Source of the DNA: a virus
Reading direction: 5' to 3' (one strand)
IMG/VR virus record: IMGVR_UViG_3300015360_000032
Location: 1-64,000 of that record
DNA length: 64,000 bases
The notes below the pieces were generated by a model that did not search any database, was not told where the DNA came from, and saw only the letters and a list, made by a program, of their open reading frames with translations. Made by a program: the position numbers and the translations under genes. Positions within the stretch are counted from its first letter, which is position 1; each line of letters opens with the position of its first letter. Shown in pieces: positions 1 through 8,748 of this stretch.

Positions 1-1153
1 GAGCCAGTGCGTTGTGGGCTATGCCCAGAACGTCGCGCAGAGCATCGTACGGCTTCTTCATGAAGTCGTCTTTATACTCGATGGGTATCTCTTCTACCCA
101 CGAGCCTGCGGGCATCTCCTCGTTGTCGCTCAGCACGCGCGTATCGTGGTGAATGTCATTGCCGATCACGAGACGAAACTTGCGGCCAGAGAACCGCGAG
201 GCAGGAACAACATCGTACTGCCTGCGGTTGTAAATATACGTGCTCTTGATGCCTTGGGCTTCCACGAATCTCTTGTGCTTGTCGGTGAAGTCCCCGCGAT
301 ACTTGGTCGATGAAGATGCAAAGATGATCCCGAGCATAGGTCCTGGGCGGGTGAAACGGCCGCGCTTGCGTCGTGTCATGGTGCTGTGTACTTGCTGGGC
401 CTGATCGTAGAGGCCGGCTCTGCCGCTCGATAGCTCTGCTTTCTTCGAGCGCAACACAACGTTCATGAAATTAATTTCATCAATAATGCCGCCAATGATG
501 GCCTCACCGAGGATGGCATCCTCGTCTCCGCCAGACTGTGCCACACGAATGTTCTTTTCCTCGAAGTACATCTCGGATTCAATGAGCTTGGTCGGTAAGA
601 AATACTTCTGAAAATAAGGCATTGACTCCACAAACTTCCGCATCGGAACATAGATAACTTTGTTGATGACGCGCGGCTTTGCTCCCATGATGGCGAACAC
701 AATAGAGGTGGTGCTTGGCAGCCCGTAGATGGCCTGAGGGTTCTTCAGGCAGGACAACAAATAGAGATGGTACAGGGTGGTAATCATAGCGACGGACGTT
801 TTGCCCGTAGCCGTGGCCCCCATGAGAATCGCCTCGTTGTACGCACCGTATTCGGTACCTTTCCACCATTTGCAATTGATTTCAATAATTGCCTTGCGGA
901 CCTCGGGCCAAAGTTCAAGGTCCGTCGCGGCAAGAAATTCAGTGCTGTCGATGAACTCTTCAATGCTGACTGGCGTGCGCTCCAATTGCATCATGAAGCG
1001 GAACAGGGAATCATCTCCGTCTAAGTGTCGCTTCACCCCATCGCGGTACATCTCCGCGAACATGCGGTTCTTTACCGTACCTGCCATCGTCTCGACGGCA
1101 TTCAGGAATCGTTGTCTCTTCCGCGCGTTGGCGAACTGCTGTACCTGTGTCAC
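1..1153 (-). CDS. terL: Terminase large subunit, N-terminal ATPase part (runs off window)
   Basis: Not in the ORF track; translated by hand from GTG at 1153, which overlaps the upstream TGA. Open to base 1, with Walker A LMGATATGKTS and Walker B GGIIDEINF; follows a TerS-like gene. Confidence 0.85.
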   Translation of the reverse strand, partial: MTQVQQFANARKRQRFLNAVETMAGTVKNRMFAEMYRDGVKRHLDGDDSLFRFMMQLERTPVSIEEFIDSTEFLAATDLELWPEVRKAIIEINCKWWKGTEYGAYNEAILMGATATGKTSVAMITTLYHLYLLSCLKNPQAIYGLPSTTSIVFAIMGAKPRVINKVIYVPMRKFVESMPYFQKYFLPTKLIESEMYFEEKNIRVAQSGGDEDAILGEAIIGGIIDEINFMNVVLRSKKAELSSGRAGLYDQAQQVHSTMTRRKRGRFTRPGPMLGIIFASSSTKYRGDFTDKHKRFVEAQGIKSTYIYNRRQYDVVPASRFSGRKFRLVIGNDIHHDTRVLSDNEEMPAGSWVEEIPIEYKDDFMKKPYDALRDVLGIAHNALA

Positions 1154-1992
1154 AAACTCTCTACCTCGTTAGAGCTACTGGTAGCGTCAATGTCATCGAA
1201 GGTCATGGGGCCGAAGCCTCCCGCGCGGGGAGCAGCGTCAACCGTGTCATCGTCCTTCAGGCTGTTCATCAACTCTAGCGTTTGAAGCATCAGGTTCTGT
1301 ACGTCAGAGACGTTCGATCCATCATCCGCGCGGCGGAACCGAAGCACATCGAAGACGCCTGCGGTATTGAGAAAGCGCGTACGGTCAGCGTTTGCCGCAA
1401 GTGCAGTCCGCATAGCTGCCAGCTTCATGGGCGTGGGTACTGCCTGGATGGCATTGCCGTTCTCGTCCGTGCGGGCACCAGAGGATGCGATACGCATTGC
1501 CATGCCAGAGATTTCGTCATAGATGGCCTGCTGCCCGCCGATCATCTCTTCGATGTTCAACTGAGTCGCCGCCTCTCTCAAACGGCGCTTCAATTCAGCG
1601 CGATCTTTCTCAACGGTCGAGATGGATACCTGTAGCTGTCGAGCTATCTCGTCCAGGGGAATATTGCGCATTAAGAGTCGATTAAGCAGTGTCAATCGAA
1701 ACTCTTTGGCATACGCTGCGCTGCCTGCTGCCTGTACGGCATTCATGCGTGTGCGCGGGTTCTCTTTGTCCGCGAGTACAGGCGGGTGAAATTGCCCTGC
1801 ACGTATGCGGCGCGACATGGCTTCCGGATTAACCGCATCATCTACTTCATCAGGCTCTGAGTCATCAAGGTCTGATGCACGTAGAGACTCGGACTGGGTT
1901 GAGGTACTTGCACTGAACCCCCCGCCTCCTGCTGAACGGGCGCGGCGCAGGATGACACGTCTGCGCGCGGGCGGAGGGGCATCGTCACTCAT
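1150..1992 (-). CDS. Probable terminase small subunit (HTH)
   Basis: HTH-like IPLDEIARQLQVSISTVEKD plus helical region; translationally coupled to terL. Confidence 0.7.
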   Translation of the reverse strand: MSDDAPPPARRRVILRRARSAGGGGFSASTSTQSESLRASDLDDSEPDEVDDAVNPEAMSRRIRAGQFHPPVLADKENPRTRMNAVQAAGSAAYAKEFRLTLLNRLLMRNIPLDEIARQLQVSISTVEKDRAELKRRLREAATQLNIEEMIGGQQAIYDEISGMAMRIASSGARTDENGNAIQAVPTPMKLAAMRTALAANADRTRFLNTAGVFDVLRFRRADDGSNVSDVQNLMLQTLELMNSLKDDDTVDAAPRAGGFGPMTFDDIDATSSSNEVESL

Positions 1993-2735
1993 TACTTCAC
2001 CGCCAGAAAAGTGCTGAACATCATGAAGCGGAAGGTCTCTTGAATCTCTGTGAAGTGCAGAGAAAAAGTCCTCATTAGCTTGTCATGGCTCATGGGGAAC
2101 ATGGAATTCTTCAGGGCTTCCGTCTTGGCCTCAATCTCTGCAAGGGTGTAGCCATTGCCACGGCGAAACTTGATGTACTGATCGTGGGCCAGATCGCCAA
2201 GCTCTCCCGAGTGGCTTCCCTTGTGTCCGAAGATCAATAAGCCGCCCGGACGAACCAGCTTGAACATCTGAAGCAGGGTGATAATCTGGTGTTCCGGCTT
2301 CACGAATTGTAGTACGTAGTGGGCGCACACCACGTCGTATCGTTTGTCGCTAAGCTGGTCTAGATCACCCTTGGCGATGTCCATCTGGTACACCTTCGCC
2401 GCAGGGAAATCAGTGCGCAACAGGTCACACATTTGCGGGGAGTTATCCACCGCACTGTAGTGGAGGTTATCCAGTGCGCGAACATCCATGCCAGCAGCTT
2501 TGACGAGAGCGCTGTAGAAGGCCCCGCGCGATGCGCCGATGTCGAGGATGTCACACGGCCTTTCGAGACGGCCTAGAACCATCTCCGCGTGTGCTGTGTG
2601 GGTGGCGTGGAAGTTGGGAATCGAACGACTTGCCATGTCGTTAAAGATTCTTGCCACTTCGCCATCGAAGGCAAACTTGTTCGGGTTGGCAGGGAAATGC
2701 ACTGGATTCCCGCCTGCCGCGATTGCTAAACTCAT
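1992..2735 (-). CDS. cmoA: CmoA-like (carboxy-SAM synthase family) SAM-dependent protein
   Basis: FAFDGEVARIFNDMASRSIPNF, LDIGASRG, AVDNSPQM, YVLQF and NGYTLAEIEAK resemble E. coli CmoA motifs. The Arg199-equivalent appears to be Thr. Confidence 0.75.
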   Translation of the reverse strand: MSLAIAAGGNPVHFPANPNKFAFDGEVARIFNDMASRSIPNFHATHTAHAEMVLGRLERPCDILDIGASRGAFYSALVKAAGMDVRALDNLHYSAVDNSPQMCDLLRTDFPAAKVYQMDIAKGDLDQLSDKRYDVVCAHYVLQFVKPEHQIITLLQMFKLVRPGGLLIFGHKGSHSGELGDLAHDQYIKFRRGNGYTLAEIEAKTEALKNSMFPMSHDKLMRTFSLHFTEIQETFRFMMFSTFLAVK

Positions 2736-2771
2736 GCTCTACCCCCTATCGACGCACATCACGCCGACCGA

Positions 2772-2801
2772 AGGATAACAAAGTCTTCTAGTGCATGGCT
2801 A
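2772..2801 (-). promoter_or_regulatory. Putative promoter TAGCCA-N18-TATCCT (extended -10 TG) upstream of cmoA-like/terS/terL
   Basis: Read directly; the same TAGCCA -35 element recurs at two other putative promoters. Confidence 0.4.
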
Positions 2802-2952
2802 TAGCTATCGCGTTAGACACGACGATCATGAAGACAGTTACTCTAAATATCCCGTCTTCCCTCGTGTTCCCCTTAGCCCCTAGAGCCAGGAGAATAACCC
2901 AAACTAATATGTTCCCCCATAGAAAAACACTGACAAATGAAATCAATTTCAT
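2788..2952 (-). CDS. Small membrane protein (54 aa, MKLISFVSVFLWGNILVWVILLALG...)
   Basis: Hand-translated; ATGA overlap with the upstream stop; two hydrophobic segments. Confidence 0.55.
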   Translation of the reverse strand: MKLISFVSVFLWGNILVWVILLALGAKGNTREDGIFRVTVFMIVVSNAIAIAMH

Positions 2953-3164
2953 TTCTCCTTGAACGGCTGAAGAGGCCCCTGAATGTCGAACTCATGCTCT
3001 TCATTCCATCGCTCGCGGCTCAGCTTATCATCAAGCACCATGCTGAAGCAATCGCCTTTGGCATTAACAAAGACAGGTACTGCCTCTGTCGGGCGGGAGG
3101 GGGAAGTAACTAGATACAGCCCGGGTGTTGCCACCATCCTATCAATCTTCTCTTTGGTATTCAT
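2949..3164 (-). CDS. Hypothetical protein
   Basis: ORF coupled to neighbours. Confidence 0.6.
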   Translation of the reverse strand: MNTKEKIDRMVATPGLYLVTSPSRPTEAVPVFVNAKGDCFSMVLDDKLSRERWNEEHEFDIQGPLQPFKEK

Positions 3165-3529
3165 TACGCGCCCATGCCTAGTTGATAGTTGATGACGGAT
3201 TGAAGGAAGATAATTTGCGACTGCATCTCTGTGATGGTTCTTTGCAGGGCTGCACGCTCACCCGCGCTTAGATCAGTAGTTGCTTGTGTCGGTCGAATTC
3301 CTGCCTTCCATAGTTCGTCTAAGAGTGTGTCTGCCGCAGCGAAAGGCATCGACAGCAACGGCGTCTCGTCTATCGCCTTACCCTGCTCGGATTTGGTAAA
3401 AGACCGCTGCATAATAACGCTAGTAGGTACAGATACCCCACCGTTAAAGTGATGGACTGCAAGATATAGCTTTATCTCCCTAGCCCGGATGTCTTTCTGC
3501 ACTAAAAAATCATATAGGTCTGCGCTCAT
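3164..3529 (-). CDS. Hypothetical protein
   Basis: ORF coupled to neighbours. Confidence 0.6.
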   Translation of the reverse strand: MSADLYDFLVQKDIRAREIKLYLAVHHFNGGVSVPTSVIMQRSFTKSEQGKAIDETPLLSMPFAAADTLLDELWKAGIRPTQATTDLSAGERAALQRTITEMQSQIIFLQSVINYQLGMGA

Positions 3530-3960
3530 TTTTCAGGTACCCCTAAGCCGGCCAACTCGTCGGCTCTTTCGTTGCCAATGATCCCTGTGTGTCCCTTGAC
3601 CCATTGCCAAGCAACCTTTTTGTAATCGCAATCCAGATGCCCTAGGCGCTCCCATAGGTCTTTGTTTTTAATTTCTTGGTTTCCCGTACCCCGCCAACCC
3701 GAGCGAAGCCATGAGTCCATATGGTCGGTGATGCCAGCGACAACATAGATCGAGTCGCTGATGACCGTGAGGGTATCGGTGAAGGGCTTAGCACCCTCCA
3801 ACGCCTTGATCGCGGCCAATAGCTCCATGCGGTTGTTCGTTGTCTCGTGGTGTCCCCCGCAAGCGGTCTCTAGCTCCTGATCATTGAGGTACAGGACGTA
3901 GCCCCATCCCCCGCGACCGTCCTTGCGAGAAGCACCATCGGTGTAGGCGACGTAGTTCAC
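3526..3960 (-). CDS. rnhA: Ribonuclease HI
   Basis: YTDGAS, TTNNRMEL, SDSIYV, KNKDLW, WVKGH and NERADELA motifs. Confidence 0.95.
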   Translation of the reverse strand: MNYVAYTDGASRKDGRGGWGYVLYLNDQELETACGGHHETTNNRMELLAAIKALEGAKPFTDTLTVISDSIYVVAGITDHMDSWLRSGWRGTGNQEIKNKDLWERLGHLDCDYKKVAWQWVKGHTGIIGNERADELAGLGVPEK

Positions 3961-4292
3961 CCCCAGCCCTCGGGTAGGCGGCAGTTCTTTGTGGCCCCGA
4001 CAAAGAAGGGTTTGATATCAGTTTCAAAATAGCCCGCGAGGCCGCAGCCTATCTTGGTCACTTCAAATTCAAGCTCTGGGTTGTTGGCGGCGTATCTAAG
4101 AAACTCCGCGACGTACGCCTTGATATAGCCAAGTGGCAGCGGCCTTAGGTAAATGTCCTTCGTCGGGATGGCATAGCTATTGCCTGTCGGCCCGCGACCT
4201 ACCCCCTGCTTGGCTTGATAGTTCTCGCGGGCAAACAGAGCCGCACCCTTGCCGTGCCGGCCTGCAAGATTGCTGCCGAATACGAAGATCAT
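3957..4292 (-). CDS. Conserved phage protein of the IFVFGSN (A1S_2505-like, macro-related) family
   Basis: IFVFGSNLAGRHGKGAA, YAIPTKD and VTKIGCGLAG motifs. Confidence 0.75.
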   Translation of the reverse strand: MIFVFGSNLAGRHGKGAALFARENYQAKQGVGRGPTGNSYAIPTKDIYLRPLPLGYIKAYVAEFLRYAANNPELEFEVTKIGCGLAGYFETDIKPFFVGATKNCRLPEGWG

Positions 4293-4537
4293 TCTTCCCC
4301 CTCGAAGCTGTCAAGTTTGCGGTGCATTCGGCGGGCCAGAAGGGCAATTCCATGCTCCTTCGATACCTCCTCCATGTACCAATAAACGCCGGTCGGTGTC
4401 TTACCCGCCGGATCGCCACGGTTCCATATACGGCGCATTTTCTTTTCGTGCTTGGCCGTGGTGGGCGCGGGAGGTGCTGGCCGGCTTCGGGCCGTGTACG
4501 TCATTTGCGTTCCCCGCGTAATAGTGGAGTCGATCAA
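4289..4537 (-). CDS. Hypothetical protein (start may be 4504)
   Basis: ORF whose stop overlaps the next start. Confidence 0.45.
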   Translation of the reverse strand: MIDSTITRGTQMTYTARSRPAPPAPTTAKHEKKMRRIWNRGDPAGKTPTGVYWYMEEVSKEHGIALLARRMHRKLDSFEGEE

Positions 4538-4664
4538 AGTCGCAAAGCGCGCATTTGCAATCGTGCCCCTGAGAAATCATTCTACATCTTCCCTGTAGTC
4601 GGTCTGCGATCCACTCGCGTGGTCTGCCTGCTGCGGCTGGTATGTCATCGTCGATACCAATCAC
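4401..4664 (-). CDS. Hypothetical protein with CxCxxC
   Basis: GTGA coupling to the upstream gene, but overlaps the downstream ORF. Confidence 0.35.
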   Translation of the reverse strand: MIGIDDDIPAAAGRPREWIADRLQGRCRMISQGHDCKCALCDFDRLHYYAGNANDVHGPKPASTSRAHHGQARKENAPYMEPWRSGG

Positions 4665-4834
4665 TTGGCTTGTCCTTGTTCTTTGCTAGCCGCGCATCTT
4701 GGGCAGTCTGGCTTGCGGTTGCTACCCAAAACCACCCATCCACTTGGCTCATACCCGCACAGCGCGATATTGCTGCCGAGAGCCTTCAAGTGAATTTTTA
4801 TACCCCCGATCCCCCGCACGCGGAGCGGTCGCAT
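4661..4834 (-). CDS. Small Zn-finger-like hypothetical protein
   Basis: H...ALCG...CPRC; TAATG coupling. Confidence 0.5.
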   Translation of the reverse strand: MRPLRVRGIGGIKIHLKALGSNIALCGYEPSGWVVLGSNRKPDCPRCAASKEQGQAK

Positions 4835-4998
4835 TACTTCGCGCACACTAACTGATCGTTGCGATCCCACAAACGTACATGCACCCCTGCAATTTTGAAG
4901 GCGTCATAGATCGACTTCGCGGTGTCCAGATTGGGGTGAGCCACCGTAACAAGTTGCGGCCCTCCACAGAACATTTTGATGTAGGTGACACGGTACAT
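4834..4998 (-). CDS. Hypothetical protein (54 aa, MYRVTYIKMFCGG...)
   Basis: Hand-translated; AAGGAG RBS upstream. Confidence 0.5.
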   Translation of the reverse strand: MYRVTYIKMFCGGPQLVTVAHPNLDTAKSIYDAFKIAGVHVRLWDRNDQLVCAK

Positions 4999-5015
4999 GG
5001 CTCACTCCTTGTCGG

Positions 5016-5351
5016 TTACACTTCTTCTCTGCGCATATCAAGCCACCGATCAAGGCAAACGATAGCCTCTTGCACGTCCTTTTTGGTGTCTTTGCCCCCT
5101 CTGCCCCCCGCAACCAGCATTTTCTTGATTGCATGAGCAATGCAAGGGTCGGTGACGTTAAAAAGCTCAAGCACTCGGTAGACATCAATGTGAGTGTAGG
5201 GGCAGAGCTTGTAGTAGTGAGGGTACTTGTCCGCGAGCGTGGGCGCTTTAGGCTCGTTCGGGGTGGGCAGAACATTCGGTACATACCCCGGAAACGACGG
5301 TAAGGGAGAGGGGGGCATGGAGTCGATAATCTCCTGGAGTTTCTGGCTCAT
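5016..5351 (-). CDS. Conserved phage protein (DUF3310-like)
   Basis: YPHYYK...IDVYRVL...HAIKK...GGRGGKD...DVQEA pattern. Confidence 0.6.
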   Translation of the reverse strand: MSQKLQEIIDSMPPSPLPSFPGYVPNVLPTPNEPKAPTLADKYPHYYKLCPYTHIDVYRVLELFNVTDPCIAHAIKKMLVAGGRGGKDTKKDVQEAIVCLDRWLDMRREEV

Positions 5352-5995
5352 ACAAGCACCTCTGCGAGCGCGGGGAATTGCTCCAACACAATCGCCCGGA
5401 TAGCAATAGCAACCTCGCGGTGTTCCTTTTGAGTACCCGGATCACACCGCAACTGGCAGTAGTGAATGAAGCTGCGGATCGTTCCCGCCATGTAGATGGT
5501 GCTTTCAGTCATGCCCTCGGGCAGTACGTTACGTGCTACCTCTTTCGCAATGCCCTTGCTCAGCGCGGCCTGATAGATAGTGGCGGCTGTATCCGCGATG
5601 CTGTATTGCACCATTCCCCACCAAGCCCGCAACTCGGCGTCCTCAGTCTCGTGGCTGGCCTGTCGGTTCGTTGCGTCCTGCATCCGGGCTTCGCTGATGA
5701 CAGGATCGGACAGGACTGCCGCGTATCGCTGGCTGAATTCCTGAAACGAAAACGAACGGTGACGCAGAATCTGGTGAGCAATGGCGCGCGTAGTGACAAT
5801 CTCCACGGTCATGCTCGCCATCTCAAAAGGAGACCAGTGAGATTTCCTGACGAGGTAGGCCAATAGGCGCGGGGCGGTCTCCGCGTTTGCTTGGTTAGCA
5901 GGGTTGCTAACGCGGGCGCAGTATGCCAGCAAGTCACCTGACTCCTGGCACTCGGGGATCGCCGGCTTGGTGATTGCGATCAATCGAACTTGCAT
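5348..5995 (-). CDS. thyX: FAD-dependent thymidylate synthase
   Basis: HWSPFE, QILRHRSFSFQEFSQRY, KEVARNVLP and TQKEHR motifs. Confidence 0.97.
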   Translation of the reverse strand: MQVRLIAITKPAIPECQESGDLLAYCARVSNPANQANAETAPRLLAYLVRKSHWSPFEMASMTVEIVTTRAIAHQILRHRSFSFQEFSQRYAAVLSDPVISEARMQDATNRQASHETEDAELRAWWGMVQYSIADTAATIYQAALSKGIAKEVARNVLPEGMTESTIYMAGTIRSFIHYCQLRCDPGTQKEHREVAIAIRAIVLEQFPALAEVLV

Positions 5996-6062
5996 ACATT
6001 TTCCCTTTTCAGTTAAGTCTCGGCGGCATCCCGCGCTGCGGCGGCTAGCCGTTCAGTGATGC

Positions 6063-6260
6063 TCATATCAGTCCTTTGTCGAGGGCGATCCATTCAGGTA
6101 CGAAGACGCTGGTGATCCCGTAGCCCTCTCCCGTCTGGTCTGTGATCTGTGACAAAGGAATCCACGCGGGCATCTTTGCTTCAGTCTCAATCAACAGTGC
6201 TTTGTCCGTGACCATCTTGACTTTGCAATTGATTTCAATCGTACCGTCTTTCTTGCTCAT
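6063..6260 (-). CDS. Small conserved phage hypothetical protein
   Basis: TDKALL...WIPLSQI...PEWIA pattern. Confidence 0.65.
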   Translation of the reverse strand: MSKKDGTIEINCKVKMVTDKALLIETEAKMPAWIPLSQITDQTGEGYGITSVFVPEWIALDKGLI

Positions 6261-6430
6261 GGAAGATTACTCCAGCCCCACACAATAAATGAAGTAGTTA
6301 TCAACATTGCCCCGAGCCCTCCTAGGCCAAAACACAAGGAAGGAAATACCCTCTCTATGCTCGTCGGGGGATTAACGAAAATAAAAAGAATCCACCCAAT
6401 TATCCAGAGAGAGATGCCTGTTGCGAACAT
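6257..6430 (-). CDS. Small membrane protein (57 aa, MFATGISLWIIGWILFIF...)
   Basis: Hand-translated; fills the gap exactly, ATGA coupling, two hydrophobic helices. Confidence 0.55.
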   Translation of the reverse strand: MFATGISLWIIGWILFIFVNPPTSIERVFPSLCFGLGGLGAMLITTSFIVWGWSNLP

Positions 6431-6432
6431 GA

Positions 6433-7956
6433 TTAAACCTTTGTCATGAGTCGTTTGCTGAAAGCTGCTCTTGCCTCTTTGGCAAGCCCCATTGTACTCC
6501 CGTCTCTGAAGGGCAGGCTACCGAACTCGAAGTCCAATGCCTCCCCGAGCGCCTTCACATTGATGCCCTTCGCAGCGGTGAGGCGGAAGTAGAAGACATT
6601 GCCACCCGGCCAAAAGTCACTGCTCTTCCAGAAGGTTTCGAACATGGCAGATGCCTCATTCGTGGTGTGAAACTTCTGCACCTTGGGGTTGTTCATGAAG
6701 TCGCCAAGCCGTACCCCGGGCTCGCTGTCAAACGTGAAGTAGTTGGCATTGCGGATGCCACCATACTCGTAGTTGTAATCAGAGATGTCTCGGCACGTAC
6801 CGTAGATCACAGTGGTGCGGGTGCATAGCGCGTGGACTATGGCGAGTACACACATGCGGTCCCGTAGGAATGGAATTGAATTCAGTACTGAGCAAAGGAA
6901 GATGCTGTTGAACTTCAGCTTAGGGTCTTCGATTGCCCGCAAAAATGCTTTGACTTGCTGGCGGGAATACGATGGGCTCGGGAAGCCCGCATCACCTTCG
7001 GGGTCGATCCTGTACGGCTCGAAATCATATGCATCAATGCCCTTTGTTCTGAGATATGGCGCAGCTTTGCCGAGCCCCGCGCCAAAGTCCAGCAAGGCAG
7101 GGCCGTGCATGTCGCGGAACTTGCGCCAGTAATCCACGGAGTACGAATCCTTATCAGGAAGCGTACGTTCACCGTTAGCCCAAAACCGCATTGCTTTGGG
7201 AACCGCACCACGATTGTTCTGAGGGCGGCGGTAGGCGGAAGCACGAAGTAGTTTTTCGAAATCACCATCGACTGCAAAGTCCATCGAAAGATAGTTTAGA
7301 AAATTGAGCGCCACTTCTGCATGAGCATCTGGTATGCGGATGACAGGCCAATCTGTCTCCCCGGCTTCAAGGGCCGCGAACGCGCGGTGTACCCCGTTAA
7401 CGATCTTGCCAGAGATAGACGCAACGACAGGAATCTTGATGCCCATCCTAAACGGCACAAGGGCCATGTTAGCAGCCTTCTTGTCGTAGCGTTCCGCCTG
7501 CCCCTGAGTAAGCGGGGCAAGCTTCTCCGTACGGCAGTTGAGCGCGAACCAATTTTCCCCCTCGAAGTCGGGCAAAGATTCGGCAGCCTTGACCACCTCC
7601 GCAAGATCAAGTTTGCCCGCCGCCTTGCTGCCAGTGTCGAACGCAGTAAAGTCGTTCGTAGCGCGATTGAAAACAAGGTTAATGCCACGTCTCTGATCCT
7701 CCGTCAGTTCAACGACAACGATGGGTACGTTTTTGAAATCAATTTCATTGGCAACCCGTGTACGCTGGTGCCCTGACAAAAGCATGCCCCCTGCCGTGAT
7801 GAAAAGGGGCTGAATGAACCCTAGCTTTTTGAGGGAAAGCTTGAGGAGTCCTAGGCGCGCGGCATCCGCCTTGCGTGGGTTCTCTTTGTCGGGAAATACC
7901 TGCGAAATGGCTAGGTTTCTAACGAGAGATGGGCGGGCCGTACGCTTGATGACCAT
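6433..7956 (-). CDS. Tandem ParB/Srx-fold domains fused to a C-terminal SAM-dependent methyltransferase
   Basis: ENPR...LLSGHQR and KIVNGVHR (ParB GxxR boxes); LLDFGAGLG (motif I) and IFLCSVLNSIP (motif IV-like). Confidence 0.8.
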   Translation of the reverse strand: MVIKRTARPSLVRNLAISQVFPDKENPRKADAARLGLLKLSLKKLGFIQPLFITAGGMLLSGHQRTRVANEIDFKNVPIVVVELTEDQRRGINLVFNRATNDFTAFDTGSKAAGKLDLAEVVKAAESLPDFEGENWFALNCRTEKLAPLTQGQAERYDKKAANMALVPFRMGIKIPVVASISGKIVNGVHRAFAALEAGETDWPVIRIPDAHAEVALNFLNYLSMDFAVDGDFEKLLRASAYRRPQNNRGAVPKAMRFWANGERTLPDKDSYSVDYWRKFRDMHGPALLDFGAGLGKAAPYLRTKGIDAYDFEPYRIDPEGDAGFPSPSYSRQQVKAFLRAIEDPKLKFNSIFLCSVLNSIPFLRDRMCVLAIVHALCTRTTVIYGTCRDISDYNYEYGGIRNANYFTFDSEPGVRLGDFMNNPKVQKFHTTNEASAMFETFWKSSDFWPGGNVFYFRLTAAKGINVKALGEALDFEFGSLPFRDGSTMGLAKEARAAFSKRLMTKV

Positions 7957-7961
7957 GGCGT

Positions 7962-8657
7962 TTACTCCGTGATCCCAAGCCTGCGCTTGATTTCATTCGT
8001 GATCGCAACCTCAGAGAAATTATGCAGTTGTCGAATACCATCCGCCCATACCCTGTACTGCTGAACGGGTAGGAAGAATACTATCTCCCCTAGCACAAAT
8101 CTAGCGGTCTGAGGGGAGCGCCGATTCTGTGAGCCGGCTGCATCTGCGGTAGCCTGCTGCGCGCTGGCTGCGGCGTCTAGACAATCGGCTCCCACGACTT
8201 CATTCAAGCAATCAATCTCTTCCTGGTTCCAGCCGAATTGAGTCCAGTCGATACCGGCATCGCCCAGCTTGGAGATTTCCCCCGCGAGTAGATCGAAGTC
8301 CCAGGTAGCGGACTCGGATACCTTGTTGTCTACAAGGCGGAACGTATTGATTTGCTCCTGCGTCAGGTTCTCCGCGCGGATGCAAGGCACCTCGGTCATG
8401 CCCAGTAACTTAGCGGCTTCAGTTCTCGTGTGCCCTGCGACAAGGATATTGTTCTCGTCAATGACACACGGGACAAGGAAGCCGAAGTTACGAATGGACT
8501 CCGCGACTGCCGGAATGGCTTTCTCATTGTCTCGTGGGTTGAAAGGATACGGGGTGATGTCCGTCAAGTCCACGTATTCAAACTTGACTCTGCGGTGTAT
8601 GTTGACTGGCGCAACCTCGGGCCGGCGCGTTCGTCTTTGAATGTTGGCAGTTGCCAT
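7962..8657 (-). CDS. ParB N-terminal (ParB/Srx) domain protein
   Basis: PYPFNPRDN, SIRNFGFLVP, ILVAGHTR, FRLVDNK. Start moved to ATG 8657 because the longer ORF crosses a terminator and the upstream gene. Confidence 0.85.
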   Translation of the reverse strand: MATANIQRRTRRPEVAPVNIHRRVKFEYVDLTDITPYPFNPRDNEKAIPAVAESIRNFGFLVPCVIDENNILVAGHTRTEAAKLLGMTEVPCIRAENLTQEQINTFRLVDNKVSESATWDFDLLAGEISKLGDAGIDWTQFGWNQEEIDCLNEVVGADCLDAAASAQQATADAAGSQNRRSPQTARFVLGEIVFFLPVQQYRVWADGIRQLHNFSEVAITNEIKRRLGITE

Positions 8658-8685
8658 AGATACCTCGACACAAATTTCAAGAGAT

Positions 8686-8716
8686 AAAAAAAGGGGAGCG
8701 CCGTGAGACGCCCCCC
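8686..8716 (-). terminator. Rho-independent terminator after the 441-aa gene
   Basis: GGGGGGCGTC-TCAC-GGCGCTCCCC followed by T7 on the minus strand. Confidence 0.75.
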
Positions 8717-8748
8717 TGTGCATGCCTTGCGGCAGATGCTTAGACGGC

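Noticed and set aside
6433-8657. Classical parABS plasmid-prophage partition system
   Set aside because: No ParA in the window, the sites are dispersed rather than clustered, and one ParB protein is fused to a methyltransferase. A parA outside the window cannot be excluded.
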